Shown here: one piece after another, positions 37,735 through 48,991 of the stretch | How the letters are laid out: every line of letters starts with the position of its first letter | Position numbering within the stretch: the first letter of the stretch is position 1 | Assembly: GCA_950097015.1 (NCBI GenBank) | Contig: CATNEN010000001.1 | Span: forward strand, 1,612,001-1,676,000 | DNA: 64,000 bases | Direction of reading: 5' to 3' | DNA from: Macrostomum hystrix | Lineage: Eukaryota; Animalia; Platyhelminthes | Made by a program: the position numbers and the translations under genes | Notes under the pieces: generated by a model | Told to the model about the DNA's origin: nothing | The model's input: only the letters and a program-made list of their open reading frames with translations | Databases searched by the model: none

Positions 37735-38125
37735 TTCTGTCCCGGCTACAAACAACGGTTTAATTCCACTGATCGGACAACTGAAGATATCGGAAGAATT
37801 ATTGACTATATTAAAAATTGAAACAAAGTTAAGATCAGTAAAACAACTAAACGAAAATAATGTTTGGAACTTCCCAATTAGTTCTTATACGATATCAGAA
37901 TGAAAAGCAACAAATAAAAAATTCATTGCTTGATAATTCTTTGCTTTCGTTTTTGTTTATTTTTCATCGATAAAATATCAAACAATTATATTCAGTACTA
38001 AGCTTCAGAAAAGCAAGACCAAATTCTAGAACTTCGTGGGCCGCTGCCTAAAGGTGCAGCAGGTGAATCCCCTGGTTACGTTCTGCTGCTATAGTCTTAT
38101 GGCAATTAATAAGAAAAAATGTACC

Positions 38126-38206
38126 TCCGGTGAGGCGGATTTGAACCACCGACCTAAGGATCGATGCACATTTTCAGTCCTCCTCTACCACCTGAGCTAT
38201 CGCCGG
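38126..38206 (-). pseudogene. tRNA-Tyr pseudogene, near full length
   Basis: Both ends present, but a 7-nt deletion removes the GTA anticodon, with a 2-nt D-arm deletion and an acceptor-stem mismatch. Confidence 0.8.
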
Positions 38207-38764
38207 ACCTGTCGGTTGTACTTTATTATATACCCGAGATCTGAAAACTAGTTTTACTCTTAAAGTAAAAAATAAAAATAAAAAGCTCAACAGCGACTAC
38301 TGACGCAGGAAAAAACATTGAGTAGTTTTAAAAGTAACATATATAATTTGCCCCTCATAATGTCTTTACATAAACACATAAGTGGATTTTAGCGACTGTG
38401 AGTTCAAAAAAATTCCTTAATTCAAATCGGCACCAATCTAATTGTTTCAACTCACTAGCTTCTGTAGGTAACACGGGCGATATACGAGTATAAACCTAAA
38501 TCAATATCTAAAGGAATCTAACCTATAAGAACAACAGCCTTATCTGCCTTATTTGATTTTCAAAGCTATTACACGATATTTCCTTTCTGTGGATAAGTTT
38601 CGTAATTTTTAGGATTTATTGTAAGCTGACCTTCTTTGAACGCTAAAATTTACGATTTAGTTATATTACAATTGCCTGTATTGTTGCTCAGGTTCAATTC
38701 TACTTATAGCTATCTAATAGCATCGACATAATATCGTTGATGTTTTGAAATGAGAAAAAATAAT

Positions 38765-38851
38765 TCCGGCGAGGCGGATTTGAACCACCGACCTAAGGAT
38801 TGCTGCGTCAATCTCTACAGTCCTCCGCTCTACCAACTGAGCTATCGCCGG
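38765..38851 (-). tRNA. tRNA-Tyr(GTA) with 14-nt intron
   Basis: CCGGCGATAGCTCAGTTGGTAGAGCGGAGGACTGTAG[agattgacgcagca]ATCCTTAGGTCGGTGGTTCAAATCCGCCTCGCCGGA. C1-G72/A73 Tyr identity; downstream oligo-T terminator. Confidence 0.95.
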
Positions 38852-39467
38852 ATAGTGAGAGATTGCACCTATCGGAAGTTATTTAATTAATTACCTTTAA
38901 TAGATTTTGAGGGGTCACGCAAAATAGTCTAAAGGTTTCACTAGCCTACTTTCACAAATAGAAAGTATGGGTTGTTTGACGCGAAAATTGCTGAATTTTG
39001 AAACTCTTTTTAATTAGCTACTCGTATATATAATGAAATGGGTTTACATCATAGGCTTTCTTGCTACAAAGACTTCAGATTATTTGTCGATTCTATTTTC
39101 TTTGACTTTGTCCAAAACTAAACTCAGTTATTTCTGGGGTAAAATTCCACAGGTACGTAAAATTAATTGACTACTAGGAGTTATCTGTTCAAGTAAAACA
39201 AATTTGTTTCTCGAAAAAATCCGCAAATATAAATTTAACCAGCCTCGGCCTAAATATACTGTATTATAATTTTTAGATTTCATAATATTTCATAATGTGC
39301 CTTTTGAGTCAAACTCTTTTTAACAGACCACTGGCGCAAGTAGAGAGTGTGGAGAGTGCAGAGCTGTATAAATTCGTTTTTATAAGTGTTATTATTCAAC
39401 AACTTTGAAGCTTTCTGGCACATATACAGGCGTCGTTTTAGGAGATATGCGACAATAAAAAAAAAAT

Positions 39468-39561
39468 TCCGGCGAGGCGGATTTGAACCACCGACCTAAG
39501 GATCGCTGCACTTTTACTTGCACTCTACAGTCCTCCGCTCTACCAACTGAGCTATCGCCGG
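39468..39561 (-). tRNA. tRNA-Tyr(GTA) with 21-nt intron
   Basis: Identical exons; intron agtgcaagtaaaagtgcagcg; oligo-T terminator. Confidence 0.95.
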
Positions 39562-39893
39562 ATTGGTGAAATGCAGGTCGTGACAAATGGTCAATAAAAT
39601 AAGTCGATCTTGAAGTGCACGGAAATTATTGAGCTCGTGAAACATTTTAGCCTATAGGCCCCACCCAGTCTATAGTATAATTTATGTGTATTCATAATTA
39701 TAGTCACGTGATTTAAATGTCATGGATAAGAAGGCTTAAGTGGCTGTGCTTAGCTCTCTCTCGCTTTAGCTTCGCTCAAGCTCTTAAAACGTCAAATAAA
39801 TTTATACAAAAGTGAAATATACATTCGCAGAAATCGATTAAAAATACATTCGAAGGTGAATTCTGGAAGAGTTTCATATAAAACAAAAATAAT

Positions 39894-39984
39894 TCCGGCG
39901 AGGCGGATTTGAACCACCGACCTAAGGATCGCTGCACTTTTACAATTCTACAGTCCTCCGCTCTACCAACTGAGCTATCGCCGG
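39894..39984 (-). tRNA. tRNA-Tyr(GTA) with 18-nt intron
   Basis: Identical exons; intron aattgtaaaagtgcagcg; oligo-T terminator. Confidence 0.95.
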
Positions 39985-41061
39985 ATCTTACTCTGTAAGG
40001 CGTGGTAGTGGTTAATTAAACTGACTAATATGTATTATTGATTTACTGACTGACAGGTCGTGTACATAGAATTCGTATTCGTATATATTAACAGGTACAT
40101 ATAGGTAAGTTTAATGGTAACCGCTGATACTCATATAAGACCATATGAATTGTTTTTTCAATATAATTATCGCAAACAATGTGTCGAACAATTTATATCG
40201 ATCTTAAAATCATGCTAGGCAGTCAGTCGATACTCATCGTTTCTTAAAAGAACGATTTATATTTATAATCGCTGGATGCCTCTACTTAAAGTAGGCCAAA
40301 CGCGTATTTCGCTACATTTCAAAACAGCTGGATCGAGTTTGCTTAGAAAGGAAAGACTACAGCATTAACCTATTTAGATTTAGCTTTTGCAAATGAACAA
40401 TATCGAAGTCAAGGCTAAGTCAGTATCAACACAATGTATGTAATACGAAATTCAACTGAAATAGATGTGAATAAATAGTGCATACAAGTTATAGAGAGTT
40501 CTGTTTACGGACAGGAAAAAAATAAACTCAAATTGAACTTGAACTTGAAATTCGAAATTCGAAATTGAAAATAAACGAGAAATTCGATTCATTTTGCCTC
40601 AAAACTTTTAATTGAGACTTTGATTGACTCTGCGAGTTTAAAACAAAATATAAGAAAAATATATAAGCTAATACACTCACACACGAACATCTGAAGTATG
40701 ATCTGAATTGTCAATTGTCAGTGCATGAACGACTCAAATTGCTGCATTTCATAGCAAAGAAAGAAGAGAAATTATTCATGCAAAAATGTACAGAAAACTG
40801 GCAACTTTCCTTCAACTAGCTAGTCAGGAAAATTTACCTGAGAAAACTCAGAAAACTAAGAAAGAAAACTTAAATCAATATAAATGAGCACTGCTCTTGT
40901 CATTCTATGTATTAAAAATCACTCGAACCCGTGCTACCGAGACTGACGGCGATGTTACACACTAACTGACACCCAGGTGCAAATCAAAAATTAATTTTAT
41001 AGGAATTACGTTGCTGCTTGGACGGATATTAGCGCATAACATACTGTTGAGAGTATCGTTT

Positions 41062-41950
41062 GGATGATTGTGGAAGGGAGAGTGGGTCTTTCAGAGGATC
41101 ATTGTGGAAGGGAGAGTGGGTCTTTCAGAGGATCATTGTGGAAGGGAGAGTTGGTCTTTCAGAGGATCATTGTAGAAGGGAGAGTTGGTCTTTCAGAGGA
41201 TCATTGTAGAAGGGAGAGTTGGTCTTTCAGAGGATCATTGTAGAAGGGAGAGTTGGTCTTTCAGAGGATCATTGTGGAAGGGGAGTGGGTCTTTCAGAGG
41301 ATCATTGTGGAAGGGGAGTGGGTCTTTCAGAGGATCATTGTGGAAGGGAGATTTGGTCTTTCAGAGGATCATTGTAGAAGGGAGAGTTGGTCTTTCAGAG
41401 GATCATTGTGGAAGGGAGAGTTGGTCTTTCAGAGGATCATTGTGGAAGGGAGAGTGGGTCTTTCAGAGGATCATTGTGGAAGGGAGAGTTGGTCTTTCAG
41501 GGAATCATTGTGGAAGGGAGAGTTGGTCTTTCAGAGGATCATTGTGGAAGGGAGAGTGGGTCTTTCAGAGGATCATTGTGGAAGGGAGAGTGGGTCTTTC
41601 AGAGGATCATTGTGGAAGGGAGCTAGGTCTTTCAGAGGATCATTGTGGAAGGGAGAGTTGGTCTTTCAGAGGATCATTGTGGAAGGAGCTAGGTCTTTCA
41701 GAGGATCATTGTAGATGGGGAGTATGTCTTTCAGAGGATCATTGTGGAAGTAAGAGTTGGTCTTTCAGAGGATCATTGTAGATGGAGAGTATGTCTTTCA
41801 GATGATCATTGTGGAAGGGAGAGTTGGTCTTTCAGAGGATCATTGTGGAAGGGGAGTGGGTCTTTCAGAGGATCATTGTAGATGGGGAGTATGTCTTTCA
41901 GAGGATCATTGTGGAAGGGAGCTAGGTCTTTCAGAGGATCATTGTGGAGG
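41062..41950. repeat. 33/34-bp minisatellite (GGTCTTTCAGAGGATCATTGTGGAAGGGAGAGTT)
   Basis: Tandem units ~120 bp downstream of the death-domain gene stop. Confidence 0.95.
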
Positions 41951-42071
41951 GCTGAGGGTTCATCCGAGATCGTTGCAAAGGATGTTGGCTGGGGTGTTTT
42001 ACAATGTCATTAAATACAAAAAATCTAAAACTGCGCCTCTTTTTAACAATCAGCATCAGTGATAAAAAGCC

Positions 42072-44900
42072 TCAAGCCTTCTTATACTTGAACTTGTGCT
42101 CAACCTGTTGTGCCAGCTCCTCGCGCTCAATTTTCCTCAGCGCCAGTAGAAGTCCTTCAGGCCGGCTCTGCGGATTCATCATGCGCCAACGTTCCAGCGA
42201 TTTAGCTGCCAGCTCCGGCTCTGGAAGGTCTCGCCGACTGCCGATGATGTCGAGTTTTTCAACGTCGCGTCGCCTAGTGGACTGAGTTCGGTCCGGTTCC
42301 ATGGGCAGGTGGGCGTACAGGTCTCGCCAGTCGGATCCGATTTGTTGCGCAACGTCGCCACAAGCAACCGCGATGGGTTTTTGCACTGCTCAAATTCAAT
42401 AGTGGATTTGAGTTGTACGCAATGAATGAGGAGTAACTGCAATCTAGGTGTTGACGCAGCCTAATCGACTAAAGTACATCTTCTCTTCTCTGTTAGCATC
42501 GAGGTGGACCTCATAGCACAATGGCGAGTCTCCTTGGCAAAGGAAAGGACTTAATGATCATAAAATGAAAACAACATCCTCTCAGGGGAAATCTTCGTTA
42601 AATTGCCGGTAAAGATAGGAGGTGGTCTGTTTGTTAAAACCTTGCACGCAATCAGACAGACTATATACAGTTGCATGGTTGCACTTATTTGACGGATTTG
42701 GAGTATAGCTACTGCCAAACTAAAAATAAAACGAGTGAGTTCACACATAGCAATCACTTTTTGGCACATTTAACAGTAATTTAAGAAGGCCTCTTAAACG
42801 CTTCATTAGCAATTTATCATGCGGGGATGGAAGAGTTTATTTTCGTTAGCGCTAGAAAGGTACAGGATACAATTCGTCTTAGTTGATATTTTTAAGCTTA
42901 TAGCTTTATTGCTCGACACTAAAATTTGGGTCTACTTAAATCTACTCATTGCATTACCATTGGCGCTATGAAGTTATGAATTTAGTCACCTTCAGTGCTG
43001 AGTGAGCACTCATTAGTTTTCAAAACCAAAATAATGTTCAAGCTTGAGAACGTCTTTCTATAATCGAGATTGAGTTGAGCTGTGAGAATCGAGCTTTGCA
43101 TTGTATCTGGTCTCCATGGCATCTGAGGTCGGAAGCACGCACTCATAGTGTAGAAAAACACACATGAGACAAGTATGTTTATATGCTTTTCTTCTAGCTC
43201 TCTTTCTCAATGCATGATCTGGGTATGAAGGCTGTTTTATTTGCATGGATCAAGTCGCACTCAATGCTACTTGGTAGCTTCAAGACCCACTTAATTACAT
43301 AGCTGGTCAGGGGTTTGACTTTCAGGTCTGAAGTTGAGCAGACTCAGAGGGCTGGAGTAGCTAGCGCTGGCTGGGAGACTCAATTGAGGTCAAGCAGAAG
43401 TGGCGCTTATTGTTGGGTCACTTCAACTGACTGACAGAGGAGAATGAAGAGTAATCAACCGAGACACCCGATCTTACCCTTTCGCGGTGAGTTGATGTGC
43501 CCGGAGGCGTGTAGCTCCTTCAGCGAGCCGGAGCTCAGTTTCTTCTCGCGCAGAACCTTCAGCTCGGCCACCTGCGGCTCAAGGATGTCCTTCTCGGACT
43601 GCAGCTTGGCGAGCTGCTCCTGAGCCTGCTCATGTCGTCGACGTGTTGAGTCCTGATTGGACCGTAGCTTAGTTAGTCGCTCATTAGTCGAACGCAGATC
43701 AGTGTCATTGGCGGTTCGCGAGGTCTCCAGATGCTTCTGATAGCGTTGCACAGAGGCGATTGTGTCCTTGTGCCTCTCCAAGTCCTGGGCCGCCTCGCGC
43801 TCCTGCAGGGTGACCCACTCCAGGTCCTGCTTCGTCTTGGATCGCGAATTGCTTTGGCCGGCTTTGTTCTGTTCCTCGAGTTTCGACCGCTGCTCTTCTA
43901 GCTTGTTCCGACGCCTAGTTTTGTCTTGTAACTCGGTGTCCAACGAGCTTAGCCGAGCGGTGTTGCTCTGCTGACTGGCGTTGTACTTGTTCAGCTTGAT
44001 TTTCAACTGCTTAGCCTTCTCTTCCAGCTTGTCAATCTCGTCCTGAGTCTTCTTCATCTGCCGCTCGTCCTGCAGATTTGATCGAGCCTTGTCCATTTCG
44101 GAGTCGATGTCCTCTAGTCTTTGTCTGCCCTCTTGTAGCTTGTCTGTTACGTCATCAATGTAGGTCCTGTCGCAATCGACCCACTCATTAACCACGTAGT
44201 ACATTTTATTGATGGCTGCCCGAATCTTCTTTAAAAGATCGTTGGACTTTTCTGGATTCTTTACAAACTTGACAAAGTTTAGCTTTTCGATTTGATTAAT
44301 TGCTCTAAATAGATCGTGCAGATCTTTGTTCAGCTCCCCGTCGAGGCGAGCATGAGTCTTCTCGTACTGTCGGACAATGTCGATTTCAGTTGCGCAAAGT
44401 TCGCCGAGCGGTAGGCAATATCTCACTAGACCGTTGATAAGGCTGTCTGTGAGCCGAACTACGGCGTTCCTGACGATTCTCGAGCAGAATTCATCGTATA
44501 GCGCGCCCAGCTGGTCGTAGAGTGGTCGCAGTTCTTGTGGCAAGCTTGACGCATTGAAAAGCGCGTTGAATTCTTTGAAACTTTTATGCCGACCCTCAAC
44601 AGTTTTTTCGGCAAGGACAGCCTGCAGCTGCTGCAGCTGTTGCGGTTGCTTGGTCAGCAGCTCCTCCCATTTGTGCTTGTCGTGCATAGTTTCAACACGA
44701 GTGTTGAGGTTGCCAATCACGGTAACGGCATTGTCCTGAACTGATTCCAGCGAATCTGGCGGACCCTTGCCTCCGCGGTGCGAGTCAGGCGTCTGCAGCT
44801 GCTGCTGACGCTGCGGTGGTTGCTTCTTAGTCGCCCGGCTGCCTCTGCCACCGCCACGCCTTGGCGAGGATGCATTGCTGCTCCTTGTTGTCGTGCTCAT
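42072..44900 (-). CDS. Coiled-coil protein with C-terminal death-domain-like region (578 aa). Exons 44900-43478 and 42385-42072
   Basis: The 481-aa ORF has a long heptad-rich E/K/Q/R region. Donor G|GTAAG (phase 1) joins in frame to CAG|TG...VAQQIGSDWRDLYAHL...AKSLERWRMMNPQSRPEGLLLALRKIEREELAQQV, a death-domain signature (IG.DW..L, L..W, L..AL..I.R..LA). Confidence 0.8.
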
Positions 44901-47900
44901 GGCTTCAGCGTGATGGTCAAAGAGGTCGACCAGTGCTCTCTAGCTGTGCGATAAGATCTGTTGATGCAGGCAGACAAACTATGGCGATATATGCTCGATT
45001 CTATAGGCCTTTCTGTTTTCGTTAGAAGTGCTTGGCTGCATTTCCTATTGAGAAAGTGAGATAACAGCCCTTCGTAGGCTTTCGGTGTGGGGTGGGGGCT
45101 TTGCCTTCTTGGAAAACGTGGCTTGCAGTGCTTGCTCGGTGAGCGCACTCTGAATGAACTGCTGGGCTGTAGGATAGGGCGACAGGATCAGAAGAATTGA
45201 CAAGCACAAAGCTAGACTTCGGTTGGTCACTCACTCAACTCGCACAGCCAATACGAGGCGAGCCTGTTGAGTAGTCAGTCTTCCGGCACTGCTGCAGGCT
45301 TTCATGCTGCAGCGCAGAGCGCTTTTAATGATGACTGCTCAAAAAGAAGTCTCAGCGCACACGAAGAGAACAATGCTGGAGTAAAGGAAATGCAGATAGG
45401 AGGGAGAGAAGCGAAATTGCGCAAACAGACAGATAGAGATTGAAGTCGGATGAGGTGTTTGCTCTGAGGGTGGGCTTGCTTGAGACAGCTATCAACAACG
45501 CTGATTAGTCGCAATCGTAAGGCTGAGGTGGACTTAGAAAATAGTTAAACATTTGGATAGGAATTTTCAGGAGCAAGGACTCAGATGAGGCTGCTGAGAT
45601 GAGGCTGCTGTTGGACGTGTCGCTGCTTGAGCGACTGCATGAAATCCACCCCCTTATGGCTTGACTCTGTCTGCGACGGTCATGCAGCCACCTCCACGCG
45701 CAAACGGTAGCGTATACCCATCCCTTTTTATCTACCTCTGCCCATTGAGCACACACGCAGGCTGCGAGCATATGTTTGCTCCTTATTCTTGACCAATCGG
45801 AAAACGCTTGGTTGCTTCAATTGCTGCTGCTGCTGCTGCTGCTGCTATCTATAGACGCTATGAACGGTATTGAAAACAGTTCTCCCGAGCCAAGGCTGCA
45901 TGGGGATGAAAGATCTCAAAAAGAGGGAGAATGGGAGCAGAGTGGTGGGAAGGGAAGAGGGGAGCGGGTAAATTGTCACTCATTTCTCTTACCTCATACC
46001 CCTCCCTAGAGGTGTCTTGTGTCCCTTTGTAGGCAAGGAAAAAAATTACCTGAACGCCAACGGGTGAAATTGCCTCCCACAACATCCCAACAATAGGCAG
46101 CTCAGCTAGAGGTCTGGCAAGGCTGCAGTTTGGGAGGTTCTCAGGACTCCCTTCAGGCACTCAAACCTCCGGCCCACCTGTCGTCTCCTTGGCATAGGCC
46201 AAGGCTGTTTCTTTCGCAGCAAAGTTTTTTAATTCTTTCGTCCTCTCAAAAAATTATAGATTTTTTCCTTCCTGCGGTTATTCTTCACTGCAAAGCTAAG
46301 TCTCCAATAGAAAACTGAGTTGAATGGGAATATATAGGAAACAGAGTAGCCAAGTAAAAGGACGTTCTCTATTAAATCGGCCGTCAAATCATTGAACATG
46401 TATCCTTAAGCTGCAGATGTTTCTACAATTTATGAAAAACAATTTGGATATTTTTTCCGGCAATTTCTCGTCTCGGCTTTGATTTTATTTATCTGCATTT
46501 ATACAGAGACATGTTCAAGAATATTAGTACACAGAATCGCGCTGCTTGTGCAAGTGAATTCATGCTTGAAAAGCATTGCAGCCATTCATTTGTGAGGCAA
46601 CAGCAGCAGGTTGGCTCTGAGGTTGGCAAAGCTCTTGTGCAAAAAATAAGACAGCAGACGGTGTACATGTAGCGAAAGACCCTTCACTGGTTGCTATGGG
46701 AAAAATAACAGGAAATATACATTTGTTTGATTTATTCAAAGCCATTTGAGTCAAATTATGTAATAAGATATAGAAGTAACCAAAAGCACTCAACTAAATA
46801 AATTTATTAAAACCTAACTAAATGAAACTAAAACCATAATTTATTGTAGTTTCATGAATTGTGACCCATGGTAAAAAGGAAATTCTTGCTTTAACTATTT
46901 ATGTACCCAAATTAAAAGAGAACATAAAATGATTAGCTGACTACTTTCAGTATGGAAGATCGCGTGTTTGTTGAAAGATATTTATTTGATGCCCCAGCTC
47001 AACCTACATAGAAACGAAGTAGATCTTTAAATTTAGGCTCGCTGCTTTCGTGCTAAATTCTAAAAGTAAGGTAAGTTGCTCATCTGGAAAAAATTTATTT
47101 GACATTCTGCTGCGTTATCCTCTTTATAATTTCAGTTTCGATAACTCTTTATTGAGCCAAAATTTTGGGACAAGAATACTGCCACGCTAAAAGCTTGAAA
47201 CTCGGCAACTGTTGCCGAAGGAACCAAATTCCATAGCAAACGTCATAGTCACCGTTTCCTCTAGCGACTGTCTCCAGACCAACACTATCGTGATCGAGGT
47301 AAACTTATATTTCAATTTCGTTTTTTTATTCATTTTCTGTTTAAGATCCATTTGTAAATTTGATGATTGGGCAATTGACAGGGGTGGTTTAAAGGATGAC
47401 CATACGTTTGTATTTAATAATCAAGGGACATCAGTCACATCACAAGCTTTTTGCACAGCACATAGCTTAGCTTATGTGTAGTTCCAATAGTCTCACCCCT
47501 GTCATATATTTTCGCTCTCAGCACGTACATATATGTAGCTATACTCTCCTTAATAGTTTATTAAGCTTCGAGTCAAGCGATTTTCCATGGAAGTAAACTG
47601 TTCTTCTCGAAAATGGGGCTACTCATCCATGACTAAGTCTATGAAATAGGCATAGTCTCAACTGGGCCTACTTTGTCTGTAGGCCTATCTATCGAGATCG
47701 AGTTAGCTAGCTAAGTCAAAGACTCAAAGGATTGACCTTTGTCTGGAAGGGCAGATGTTAGGCCCTACTGTATCCTATTAGGCCTAGGCCTATACTCGAA
47801 AATCATTACTAAGTTGGCTAGTAGAGTAGGCCCCAGCTAGTTAATGCCAAGGTATATGCCTGCAGTATAAGTCCACATTTAGTAGAGGCCTAACTGGCTT

Positions 47901-48991
47901 GTCTAGTTGTAGTTAGGCCTATTTATTTTAATTGAACTTTTAACTACCTAGGCCTAGCTTTGCTATTAGCTAGGCTATATTAATAGCATATAGTATTATA
48001 GGTAGGCTGAATTGAAAATTTGGGTTAGAATAGGCCTATTTATTTAGATATTATATGTATACTTTCATAGGGCCTATTTAGATTTAGAAGTGGCCATGTA
48101 GCAGCTTGTCTTGCAATTAAATTTTTATTTTGAAAAGTGAACCCAGACTAACAAACAATAAGAATTTTAACTAGGCTAGCAGAAGCACAAAAATACAGTT
48201 TATAATTGTTTAAACTAGTTAGAATTAATTTTATTTTGTCTATTCTGTTCTTCCTTGATAAGAAAAAATGGGCCATCCATAAAATAATGGCTCTGTAGGC
48301 CTATGTATTGTTGCAGAATAGCTGACACCATAGCCTAGGCGTAGTCATATATATCCTGACATTATTTTTGTCCTAGTGCGTTTCTCTTTTTAGTTATCAC
48401 TAAAAGATATGATTTCACCAAGGTTGTCCTACAGTCCTAGGGTTAAATTACTATGCTAACATTTTATTATCAATGCTACAAAAGTTGTTGCAGTTCTAAC
48501 TTTTTCCATGTGACTTTGATTTTAATCCTACTAATGCTACCAATGTTGTTCTAGCACAAATTTTTAATATTGTACTTCTGACACAAGTTCTTACAGGGGT
48601 AACTTAATATAGGCTTAATGTCTAGGTAATATCAATAATTTCTTAGAATTAGGCTCTGAGAATGTATTTTATAGGCCTATGCTAAATAATTTCTGGATAG
48701 TGTATTTAGTTATTCTGGCCAATTATTTTATCACACGTATGTATTTCTGAGTATAGGCTTTCCAAAGAGCATTACCAATGATCTGAAGTGTACAGCAATA
48801 CTTTATACTTCTCACTCTTTAATTCTCTTTGTATTTATCTCCATATGTTTTATAAATAATGAAAGAACACTTCTGAGTATTGTATACATACTTGGTATGA
48901 AACCACAAGTTAATTTTCTTTCATCAGTTTCAAAATATATATCTAAATATATCTAAAACTCTAATACCTAACAAAACTTATTATATTTTAG

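Noticed and set aside
38126-38206. Apparent tRNA-Phe(GAA) anticodon switch
   Set aside because: The GAA arises from a 7-nt slippage deletion (CAGTC[TACAGTC]) that pulls intron sequence into the loop. The D-arm is also deleted, so it is a pseudogene.
45776-46009. Signal-peptide-like poly-Leu ORF
   Set aside because: The Leu run is a (CTG)n microsatellite in the intergenic/promoter region; no other coding evidence.
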